DNA from: a virus
Strand: one strand, 5' to 3'
Length of the DNA: 64,000 bases
IMG/VR virus record: IMGVR_UViG_3300032397_000003
Location: 32,001 to 96,000 of that record
Shown: piece by piece, positions 41,908 to 50,391 of the stretch
How positions within the stretch are numbered: the first letter of the stretch is position 1
Layout of the letters: each line of letters opens with the position of its first letter
Made by a program: the position numbers and the translations under genes
The notes under the pieces: model-generated
What the model was told of the DNA's origin: nothing
Seen by the model: only the letters and a program-made list of their open reading frames with translations
Database searches by the model: none

Positions 41908-44520
41908 ATGACAGAATCTTTTCTAAAGAAAAGGGATAAGTGTGATTCTTGTCCACTTGAGATAGATATAAAAAAAGGTACTTTTATAAGAGCATCTAAA
42001 AAAAATGAAATTCAAGTTAAAAGTGATTTACAAGATTATTCTAATGTAGATTATCTTTTTCTTACTGATTGTATAGAGCAAGATAAAGATTTAGATAAAC
42101 TATATAATCTAATAAAAGTTAAAGGCATTAAAAACTTTGCTATTACATCTGCAATAGGGTGTAGAACAATAAGTTATGAAGTATCTACTCCTTTATATTC
42201 AACTTATAATTATTGTAAATCATTTGATATTAAAAAATTCAATCCAAAAGTTGTATTTACATTTGGTAAAGCAATTTATTATTTTACAAGAGGATCAGTA
42301 TTTTCCTCTTGGAGAGATTTTAGAGAATTTGTATTTAATGAAACATATTTTTATCCTCATATAAAAGAAGAATGGAAAGGTAGAATTTATCCTTGTTCAT
42401 TTATTCATGACTTATTTCAATTTGATACTTTTGAACATTTACATTTTACTAAGAATCTTGGGTTTGCTCAATTACATATTAACAATTATGTAAATGAAAA
42501 ATTTATTATGCCTGATTATAAAATAGAAAAAGTTTCCGATCTATCCTTATTTATAGATGAGCATAGAGATGAAAAGAAAGGGGCTTTTGATACAGAAACA
42601 AATAGTCTTAATGTATTTGTAGATGACTTTAAAATGGGGTGTATGCAGTGTTCCTTTGATGGAGTTAATGCTTATTATATACCATCATCTACAATAACAA
42701 ATAAAAGAAAACTTTCTATATGGCTTAATAATATATTTCAGATTTGGGCAAATGGGAAGTACGATTGCAAAGTATTGAATAGAAGTGGTATAAAAGGTTA
42801 TCATGTCGATGAAGATATACCCCTTATATTCCATATTATGAATACTGAAAGAGATTCAAATTCAATCAAAGTTCTATCTTGGTTCATTGGTTTTGGTGGA
42901 TATGAAGATGAACTTGATGAATATAAAAAGAAACACAAAATTAAAAACTATTTAGATATACCTGAAAATATAATGATAAATTATTCAGGATTAGATGCTA
43001 TAGTTACTTATAGATTGGATGAATTTTTACATAAATATTTAGTTCCAAGACAACAAGAAACATATAATTTATATAGAAATGATATAATACCGGTAATACC
43101 TGTATTCCAAGAAATAGAGGAGAATGGATTACTGGTTGATAAAGAGTATATAAAAAATTATCATAATGAATTAATGATTAAAAAAGAAATTGTTGAAAAA
43201 GAAATTTATGAATTAGCGGGTAAAAAATTTAATATAGGTTCTAATGATGAATTAGGTTTATTATTAAAAGAATCTGGTTTACCGAATTATGGTGTAACTA
43301 AAAAAGGTTTATATCAAACTAATGAGGAGATTTTATTAAAATGGAAAAAAGATGGTTTTAAAATAGTTGAAAAAATTCTAGAGTATAGGAAGATAACAAA
43401 ATTAGACTCCACTTATATAGGTAATAAAGACGAGGAAGCTGAATTTAATTTCTTCGATAATTCAAAGAAAGAAAAGGAAAGCGTAGGCTTATATCAATAT
43501 ATAATGTCAGATAATAAGGTGCATGGAAATATCATGCCGGCACTGACTGACTCAATCAGATCGTTATCGTTTCAGCCCAACCTACAAAATTTTCCGAAAA
43601 GGGGGGATGAAGGTAAAGCTTTTAGAAAAGTATTTATAGCTCCAGAAGATTATTATTTTTGTGAAGCAGACTATGCAGGATTTCAATTAAGACTTATGGG
43701 TATATATTCTAAAGATGAAACTATGATAGATGCTTTTATAAATCAGGGAGGAGATTTGCACTCCGTAACGGGATGCGAGGTATTTTCTCAAGGTACTGAA
43801 TTATCTTATTTTATGGAGCATAAAAAAGAGGATCCATACAAGACAGCAAGATTTAATGGGAAAGTTGTAAATCTATCTTTTGTTTTTATGGTTAGTCCAT
43901 TCTCTTTTCAAAATTCTATCAGAGAAGAATGGACACCTGAACAAATAGATGATTACATTAAAAAGAATAAATTAGAAATAATTAAAGACAGCAAAACAGG
44001 ATTTCAAAATAAAAATCTTACTATAGCCACTGATATACATAAAAAGTTTTTTATTAAGTATCCTAAACTACCTGAATATGCGGCTAATATGCAAAAGTTT
44101 GCAAGAGAAAATGGTTATGTAGATTGTCCTATATTTCCTGGATTAAGACGACATATACCTGAACTACTAAAACAAGGAAGTAATCTTAATAAAGAAAAAA
44201 TGTCACATTATTCAAATCTTAATAATATAACAGTGAATACTGGGGCACAGGGTGGAGAGGCTTTAATTATATATAGAGCTTTGATAAAAATACATAAAAA
44301 GATTAAAGAACTAAATCTTAAAAGTATGCTAGTTGGGTGCGTGCATGACTCAATTGTGCTGTACATACATAAAACTGAAACAGAGCAAATGTATTATATA
44401 CTAAAAGAAAGTATGGAAGTATTTGATTATAGTATTCCCATATTAGCTGAAGTTGAATATGGGGATATTTGGGGATTTGGTACTGAGGTAGATAAAAATA
44501 ATATTGGAGAATTCAAATGA
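41908..44520 (+). CDS. polA: Family A DNA polymerase with 3'-5' exonuclease and degenerate N-terminal UDG-like domain
   Basis: FDTET, NGKYD, YSGLDA, PNLQN, ADYAGFQLR, DLHS, VHDSI. Confidence 0.93.
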   Translation: MTESFLKKRDKCDSCPLEIDIKKGTFIRASKKNEIQVKSDLQDYSNVDYLFLTDCIEQDKDLDKLYNLIKVKGIKNFAITSAIGCRTISYEVSTPLYSTYNYCKSFDIKKFNPKVVFTFGKAIYYFTRGSVFSSWRDFREFVFNETYFYPHIKEEWKGRIYPCSFIHDLFQFDTFEHLHFTKNLGFAQLHINNYVNEKFIMPDYKIEKVSDLSLFIDEHRDEKKGAFDTETNSLNVFVDDFKMGCMQCSFDGVNAYYIPSSTITNKRKLSIWLNNIFQIWANGKYDCKVLNRSGIKGYHVDEDIPLIFHIMNTERDSNSIKVLSWFIGFGGYEDELDEYKKKHKIKNYLDIPENIMINYSGLDAIVTYRLDEFLHKYLVPRQQETYNLYRNDIIPVIPVFQEIEENGLLVDKEYIKNYHNELMIKKEIVEKEIYELAGKKFNIGSNDELGLLLKESGLPNYGVTKKGLYQTNEEILLKWKKDGFKIVEKILEYRKITKLDSTYIGNKDEEAEFNFFDNSKKEKESVGLYQYIMSDNKVHGNIMPALTDSIRSLSFQPNLQNFPKRGDEGKAFRKVFIAPEDYYFCEADYAGFQLRLMGIYSKDETMIDAFINQGGDLHSVTGCEVFSQGTELSYFMEHKKEDPYKTARFNGKVVNLSFVFMVSPFSFQNSIREEWTPEQIDDYIKKNKLEIIKDSKTGFQNKNLTIATDIHKKFFIKYPKLPEYAANMQKFARENGYVDCPIFPGLRRHIPELLKQGSNLNKEKMSHYSNLNNITVNTGAQGGEALIIYRALIKIHKKIKELNLKSMLVGCVHDSIVLYIHKTETEQMYYILKESMEVFDYSIPILAEVEYGDIWGFGTEVDKNNIGEFK

Positions 44521-44777
44521 ATGATTTTTTAAAAAGAAAACCACTGCATAATAGAAATGAAGAATGGAAAGAACACTGGCAAGACATGCCTGAATTTATA
44601 TGTAATGATTTAGGTCCACATTCTCAAATTATAATTTCATTTAAAACTAAAGAGGATAGAAAAGCTTTTTCTAAACTTATAAATCAACCAATATCAGAGA
44701 GAACAAAATCTTTATGGTATCCTAAAGAAGACATTGATTTTGTAGAACATTTGAGGTATGTCGATGATAAAAAATAA
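44517..44777 (+). CDS. Small WxDMPEF protein coupled to the glycosyltransferase
   Basis: HWQDMPEF...TKSLWYP; overlaps both neighbours. Confidence 0.65.
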   Translation: MNDFLKRKPLHNRNEEWKEHWQDMPEFICNDLGPHSQIIISFKTKEDRKAFSKLINQPISERTKSLWYPKEDIDFVEHLRYVDDKK

Positions 44778-45651
44778 GCCTCAATTCCCTATATACCTAC
44801 CATCTAAAGGAAGACATGATATAAAAGGTTATACAAGTGATAATCTCAGTGAAATGGAAATACCTCATTATATTGTTATAGAAGAACAACAGTATGATCT
44901 ATACTATGAGAATCATAAGGATAATAAATTTGTTACTCTACTTATTCTTGATAAAAAATATCAAGATGAATATAACACTTTTGATGATTTAGGTAGTACC
45001 AAAAGCAAAGGACCAGGTGCGGCTAGAAATTTTGCATGGGATCATTCTATTAAAATGGGATTTGATTGGCATTGGGTAATGGATGATAATATTATGTCAT
45101 TTAAAATCTTTAATAATAATAGACAGATTAAAACTACATCCGGTGTAATGTTTAAAGCTATGGAAGATTTTTGTTTAAGATATAAGAATATAGGAATGGC
45201 TGGTCCTCAGTATTATATGTTTGTACCAAGAAAAGCTATATTACCTCCTTATGTAACTAATACTCGTATATACTCGTGTAATCTCATTAGGAATGATGTT
45301 CCATATAGATGGAGAGGTCGTTATAATGAAGATACAGATTTATCTTTATGTATGTTAAAAGATGGATGGTGTACAGTTCAATTTAATGCATTTCTGCAAG
45401 AAAAACTTACAACTCAAGTGCTTGGTGGCGGTAATACAGAAGCTTTCTATGCACATGAGGGTACTCTTCCTAAATCTCAAATGTTAAAAGATATGCATCC
45501 AGATGTAACAGAGGTAGTGTGGAAATTTAATAGATGGCATCATTATGTAGATTATGGTCCATTTAAGAAAGTTAAACTTATTTTTAAAGATGATTATATA
45601 GTTAAAGAGGGTATAAATAATTATGGTATGGCATTAAAACAAGTTAAATAA
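44758..45651 (+). CDS. GT-A glycosyltransferase of the TET/JBP-associated (TAGT/GREB1-like) DNA-modification type
   Basis: PSKGR, AARNF, WVMDDNI, YSCNL, RYNEDTD, GGNT. Confidence 0.75.
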   Translation: MSMIKNKPQFPIYLPSKGRHDIKGYTSDNLSEMEIPHYIVIEEQQYDLYYENHKDNKFVTLLILDKKYQDEYNTFDDLGSTKSKGPGAARNFAWDHSIKMGFDWHWVMDDNIMSFKIFNNNRQIKTTSGVMFKAMEDFCLRYKNIGMAGPQYYMFVPRKAILPPYVTNTRIYSCNLIRNDVPYRWRGRYNEDTDLSLCMLKDGWCTVQFNAFLQEKLTTQVLGGGNTEAFYAHEGTLPKSQMLKDMHPDVTEVVWKFNRWHHYVDYGPFKKVKLIFKDDYIVKEGINNYGMALKQVK

Positions 45652-45759
45652 TTATCATTTTTACTAATACATAAAAATAATTTAATTTTAATGATTATTT
45701 CTATATATTATAGTTAAAGTTATGGATCAAATAGATATTAAACTAGTTGGAGATAAATT

Positions 45760-45984
45760 TTGAAAAAGAAGGAACCAAAGTCTTCAAGAAATACTAAGAA
45801 TCAAAAGTTATTATCACCAAAAGAATCTAAAGAACAGGTTCAAATTGAAAAAGAGGAAATTATTCAAGTTGAACTTAAAAGAAGTTATAATTGTAAATGT
45901 GGTTGTAAAGTAATTCTTGAGGGAGAAACATATAAAAGAAAAGTGAAAGATGGTTTTGAACTTTGTAGTGGCTGTTCTAAATAA
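45760..45984 (+). CDS. Small Cys-rich hypothetical protein
   Basis: Class-A promoter at 45699; CKCGC...CSGC. Confidence 0.5.
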   Translation: MKKKEPKSSRNTKNQKLLSPKESKEQVQIEKEEIIQVELKRSYNCKCGCKVILEGETYKRKVKDGFELCSGCSK

Positions 45985-46173
45985 TTTTTAAAAAATAATA
46001 AAAAGTTGTTTACATTTTTTTACATACATTGCCAGAAAGATACACCCTCTTTAGAGGTGTGTATGAATGGCAAAAATAATGAATTTTTTTGATAAAAATA
46101 AAAAAAGTAGTGTACTTTTCTATAATATTGTAATATATTATATATGATAATACTAATAAACAAGAGGTTTAAC

Positions 46174-46344
46174 ATGGAATATGAAAAGATAATATTTAAT
46201 TTTCCAAAGCAATATAAAAGAAAACTTGAAAAAATAGTTTCTATGGGGAATGTAGAAAATGAAAAAAGCACAACTTTAAGTGGGTTAATTTCTGAAACTT
46301 TAATTAGGGAATTTGATTTAGAAAATGAAAAAACATCATTATAA
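46174..46344 (+). CDS. Small ribbon-helix-helix-like protein inside the IS (ORF track start 46144)
   Basis: GAGG RBS before ATG 46174; KIIFNFP...LSGLISETL strand-helix-helix pattern. Confidence 0.5.
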   Translation: MEYEKIIFNFPKQYKRKLEKIVSMGNVENEKSTTLSGLISETLIREFDLENEKTSL

Positions 46345-46723
46345 ATCTGATTGTAATTATCATCTTATTATATGTCCTAAATATAGACATAAGGTATTGC
46401 ATGATGAAGTCAAGAATTTTTTAAAGAATAAATTTAAAGAAATTTGTATTAATTATGATTATGAATTATTAGATTTTTCAATAGAAATAGACCATATTCA
46501 CTTTGCATTAAAATTACAACCAACGTATTCTATTGGTTCTGTTGTTAGAAATTTAAAATCAATAACTGGATATTATTTGTTTAAGGAATTTCCAGAATTA
46601 AGAAAGAAATATTTTTGGAATAGCGGATTTTGGACTCATGGTTATTTTGTTTCGACTGTCGGTCGAGTTTCAAAAGAAAAAATTATGGAATACATTAAGT
46701 CACAAGAAAATTATGATAACTAA
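46325..46723 (+). CDS. tnpA: Y1 HUH transposase TnpA
   Basis: YHLIICPKYR, DHIH, LKSIT, FWTHGYFVSTVG, YIKSQ. Confidence 0.95.
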   Translation: MKKHHYKSDCNYHLIICPKYRHKVLHDEVKNFLKNKFKEICINYDYELLDFSIEIDHIHFALKLQPTYSIGSVVRNLKSITGYYLFKEFPELRKKYFWNSGFWTHGYFVSTVGRVSKEKIMEYIKSQENYDN

Positions 46724-47957
46724 AAATCAACAAATAAAATATTCTCTTTCCGCTACAGGAGAAAAAAGAAAAACTCAAACTTGTAAAGTTTATGAATTAA
46801 AGCTTTGTGAAAACAAACTTAATAAAATACAAATTGATTTTTTGCATAGGATTTTCCTTGAGGCAAAATGGATATATAATGATATTTTAAGCTTTAATGA
46901 TTTAAAAAACTATGATTGCAAAAAGAAAGAATTAGAAATCCTAAATAAAGAGAAAGAAAAGGAAATAAGAGAATTAAAAGTTTTAGGTAGTCAAATTAAA
47001 CAAGAACTATTACAAAGAACCTGGGGCTCTATTAAATCTCTTTCTACTAAAAAGAAAAAGGGCAAAACAAAGCAAGTAGGTAGACTTAAATTTAAAAGTC
47101 AAATAAATTCAATTCCTTTAAAACAATATGGAATTACATATAAGTTTCAGAAAGGTAATTTAAAAATACAAAACTGTAAATCATTGTTTCAAATTAAAGG
47201 ATTAAAACAAATTCCTGAGAATGCTGAATTTGCAAATGCTAATTTAATTAGAAAACCTTCAGGCTATTATCTTAAAGTAACTTGCTTTCTTCCAATTGAA
47301 AGTAAAAATATAAGTAAAGAAATAGTTGGTATTGATTTTGGAATTAAAGATGATTTGGTTTTAAGCAATGGAATTAAATTTCAAACTAAATTTCCAACAT
47401 CTTTTCAAATTAAAAGAGAGCAAAGAAAATTATCTAAAAAGAAAAAAGGTAGTCATAATTATTGGAAACAAAAAAATAAAGTTGCATTAGCTTATGAAAA
47501 ACAGAATAATAAAAAACAAGATACAAAAAATAAAATCATAAGTTATTTAAAAAATAATTATTCTCATATAGCAATTCAAAATGAAAATATAAAAGGATGG
47601 CACGCAGGATTATTTGGAAAACAAGTACAACAATCAATTTTAGGTGGTATAATTTCGGAATTGAAGAAACTTCCGCAGACACATATTGTTGATAGATTTT
47701 TTCCAAGTACAAAACTTTGTCCTGAATGTGGTCAATTAAATATTTTAACATTAGCAGATAGAATGTACAATTGTTCTTGTGGTTATTCTCAGGATAGAGA
47801 TATTCATAGTGCAAAAAATATTCTTTTAGAAACAATACCTATGGAATATAGGAATTTTAAGCCTGTGGAGTTTAATACCTCTGCGATAGATTATTTAAAG
47901 TCTTTCGTAAGTGTGAACTATGAAGCAGGAAGATACAACTCTTTAGAGTTGTGTTAG
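46713..47957 (+). CDS. tnpB: TnpB RNA-guided nuclease (ORF track start 46638)
   Basis: GIDFG RuvC-I, IAIQNENI RuvC-II, PSTKLCPECG...CSCG, DRDIHSAKNI RuvC-III. Confidence 0.92.
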   Translation: MITKNQQIKYSLSATGEKRKTQTCKVYELKLCENKLNKIQIDFLHRIFLEAKWIYNDILSFNDLKNYDCKKKELEILNKEKEKEIRELKVLGSQIKQELLQRTWGSIKSLSTKKKKGKTKQVGRLKFKSQINSIPLKQYGITYKFQKGNLKIQNCKSLFQIKGLKQIPENAEFANANLIRKPSGYYLKVTCFLPIESKNISKEIVGIDFGIKDDLVLSNGIKFQTKFPTSFQIKREQRKLSKKKKGSHNYWKQKNKVALAYEKQNNKKQDTKNKIISYLKNNYSHIAIQNENIKGWHAGLFGKQVQQSILGGIISELKKLPQTHIVDRFFPSTKLCPECGQLNILTLADRMYNCSCGYSQDRDIHSAKNILLETIPMEYRNFKPVEFNTSAIDYLKSFVSVNYEAGRYNSLELC

Positions 47958-47994
47958 TTCACTAATAGAAATAATATAAAATTGAGGTAAATAA

Positions 47995-48551
47995 ATGAAA
48001 AGATATGCACCATTTAAGTTTAAAGAAGCAAATAAAAAAGATTTAAATGAACTTATAGGAGAACTTAAAGCTCAATATGGATCATTCAAGGATGTAAAGA
48101 AAGATAAAGACTTTAAAAAACTTTCAGATGGGGATCAAGAGTATGTACTTGATGAATTAAAAGCAGAAGGGACTTTTAAGGACTAATAATGATGGTAGAA
48201 AGATATAAACAATTTTTTGAAGATTCTAAGTATATAGATTTCTCTAAAGATAGGGATTATATAGAATTATTAGGTAATCTTAAAGGAAAAGATTATTCTA
48301 TCACTATGCAATGGAGTGGTCCAAAACAAGGGTTTAATGTTGAATGTTCTATAGTTACATCTCAAGGAAGTGAATTTATATACGGTAAAAATTCTAATAT
48401 ACATGGTGGGAGTGTAGAGCAAACTTTAACACCCATCTTTATAAATATATTTAAAATATCCGTTCCTAAAATAGAAAATGGTGGATCTGGATTAGATGTT
48501 AATCATATGATTGAAACATTGATTAAAAAATATAAATTTAAAGTGAAATAA
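47995..48551 (+). CDS. Two small proteins with RY-type leaders (47995-48186 MKRYAPFKFKEA; 48189-48551 MMVERYKQFFED)
   Basis: ORF track; downstream of the IS-interrupted TACTAAT motif. Confidence 0.65.
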
Positions 48552-48626
48552 TTTTTAATTCTCATCTAATTTTCTATATATTATAAAGGTAGATAAGAAA
48601 AAATAATTTAAACTAGGGGTTCTATA

Positions 48627-49427
48627 GTGAACATAATAAAATTAACAAAAGAGGAGATTAAAAAGTCAGCTCCAGCAGTATATGCAACTCAACCAAAGAA
48701 GTCTATGACAGATAGATATTCTTTTGTATCAACAGACAAAATAATTACAGGATTTAATCAAGCAGGTTGGGAAGTTACAAAAGCTTTTCAAAGTAAAACT
48801 AAGAAAGACGATATAGCAGAAAGAAAGCATGTAGTAAGATTATCTAATCCTGATTTTCAACCAATGATGAAAGAGGTAGGCTCACTTACACCAGAGATAA
48901 TTTTAATCAATTCCCACAACGGTACCTCGGCAGTGCGCATAGAACTGGGATTATTTAGACTCGTTTGCGGTAACGGATTAGTGATTGCCAACAGCAGATT
49001 TGCACAAGTAAAAAGAAGACACTTTGGAATAGATCAAGATGAAATATTCCAAGTAATATATGATGCTACAAATGAGTTTCAAGACGTTTGGGGAAAAATA
49101 GACGAGTATAAGTCTATTAAACTTACAAATGGACAAAGACTTGATTTTGCTTCTAAAGTAATAGAGGAAAATTGGGGAACAAGCTCAGTAATAACTCCAG
49201 ATGCTTTATTACTACCAAGGAGAACAGAAGATAAAAATGATGATCTTTTCTCTGTAATGAACGTTGTTCAGGAGAATGTTATCAAAGGAGGAGCTAACTA
49301 TTTACACCCTCATAGAAATACATTAAGAAGAACAAAAGCAATTAAAAATGCTGATAGGGATATAAAAGTAAATGCTCTTCTGTGGCAAATGATAGAATCT
49401 TTTAGATTATCAAAAAAATTCAGATAA
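48627..49427 (+). CDS. DUF932/DUF945-family protein
   Basis: NSHNGTS...GLFRLVCGNG, RRTED...LF...NVVQENVIKGG. Confidence 0.85.
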   Translation: MNIIKLTKEEIKKSAPAVYATQPKKSMTDRYSFVSTDKIITGFNQAGWEVTKAFQSKTKKDDIAERKHVVRLSNPDFQPMMKEVGSLTPEIILINSHNGTSAVRIELGLFRLVCGNGLVIANSRFAQVKRRHFGIDQDEIFQVIYDATNEFQDVWGKIDEYKSIKLTNGQRLDFASKVIEENWGTSSVITPDALLLPRRTEDKNDDLFSVMNVVQENVIKGGANYLHPHRNTLRRTKAIKNADRDIKVNALLWQMIESFRLSKKFR

Positions 49428-49497
49428 CAGTTTAATTATCGATAAATTATCTATATATTATATGTATAGATAATTTGATATTTCAAGGAGATTTAAA

Positions 49498-50076
49498 ATG
49501 GTAAAAAGGTATAAAAGAATAGAATCACAATTTATGGAAACTTTTGTTAGAGATTTATGGAAGTCTTTAATAAATTTGTCAAATATCTTAAAAAAACTAG
49601 ATATAAATTTTACAGTGATTGGGGGAGCTGCTAGAAATCAATATGGAGCAATAAAAATCACGGAGGATATAGATATACTTGTTGATATAAAGGATAAGGA
49701 TAAGATGTTACATCTTCCTATTGGTTTTATAAGAGAACTTTCTAATGGAAGAGGTAAAGTATATACTTTACATGATCCTAAAACTAAGATAGAAGTAATA
49801 TATACTGGGGAGGAAGCTGGAAGAGAGGGTAGTGATGTACCATATATAAATCCTAAAAAGATTTCAAATAATATTAAAAATATTCCCTTTTTAACTTTAG
49901 AAAACTTAATAAGATATAAACTTGCCTCTGGTCTTTATGGTAAAGGTAGGCTAAAGGATTTTGCTGATATCCAGTTTCTGATCGAAATGAATGATCTTGA
50001 AAGAAATTATGCAGATTCTTTTAGAAAGGATTTAAAAAATAAATATATTGAAATATGGATTGACACAATGGAATAG
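49498..50076 (+). CDS. Pol-beta-superfamily nucleotidyltransferase (DUF6036/AbiEii-like) with MVKRYKR leader
   Basis: VIGGAA...TEDIDIL...LENLIRYKL...RLKDFAD. Confidence 0.75.
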   Translation: MVKRYKRIESQFMETFVRDLWKSLINLSNILKKLDINFTVIGGAARNQYGAIKITEDIDILVDIKDKDKMLHLPIGFIRELSNGRGKVYTLHDPKTKIEVIYTGEEAGREGSDVPYINPKKISNNIKNIPFLTLENLIRYKLASGLYGKGRLKDFADIQFLIEMNDLERNYADSFRKDLKNKYIEIWIDTME

Positions 50077-50126
50077 AATATTTCCTACTACTGTAGGTTA
50101 ATATAATTAAAAATTAGGAGACTTAA

Positions 50127-50306
50127 ATGTCAAAACCTCAAACAGTTACTCTAAAGAAAAATGAGCAAAAAGCGGTTCTGCGAGAATGGAAGACAACAAA
50201 GAATGCGAGAAAGATTGCAGAAAAACTTGGACTTCCAAGGCACCATGTGATGTATTTCATGGAAATGCAGAATCTTTGTTCATTTTCCGAGAGCAGTTAC
50301 AGGTAA
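50127..50306 (+). CDS. Small HTH protein, 59 aa, absent from the ORF track
   Basis: AGGAG RBS; NARKIAEKLGLPRHHV. Confidence 0.6.
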   Translation: MSKPQTVTLKKNEQKAVLREWKTTKNARKIAEKLGLPRHHVMYFMEMQNLCSFSESSYR

Positions 50307-50327
50307 GTTTTAAAATTTTTACTTTAT

Positions 50328-50363
50328 AAAATCTCTTGGTACTTTATACCGCCAAGAGATTTT
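50328..50363 (+). terminator. Intrinsic terminator
   Basis: AAAATCTCTTGG...CCAAGAGATTTT. Confidence 0.7.
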
Positions 50364-50391
50364 TGTATGAATTATTACAGAGGAATAAATT

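Larger units (their letters stand above)
46024..47962 (+). mobile_element. Complete IS200/IS605-family element (small RHH-like ORF + tnpA + tnpB)
   Basis: LE hairpin ATACACCCTCTTTAGAGGTGTGTAT preceded by AAAG (46036-46039), target TTAC 46020-46023; RE hairpin ATACAACTCTTTAGAGTTGTGT preceded by GAAG, ending TCAC 47959-47962. Confidence 0.88.

Noticed and set aside
46713-47957. TnpB as Cas12 or as catalytically dead TldR
   Set aside because: No CRISPR array; RuvC D, E (in QNE) and D are present, with intact tnpA and IS ends
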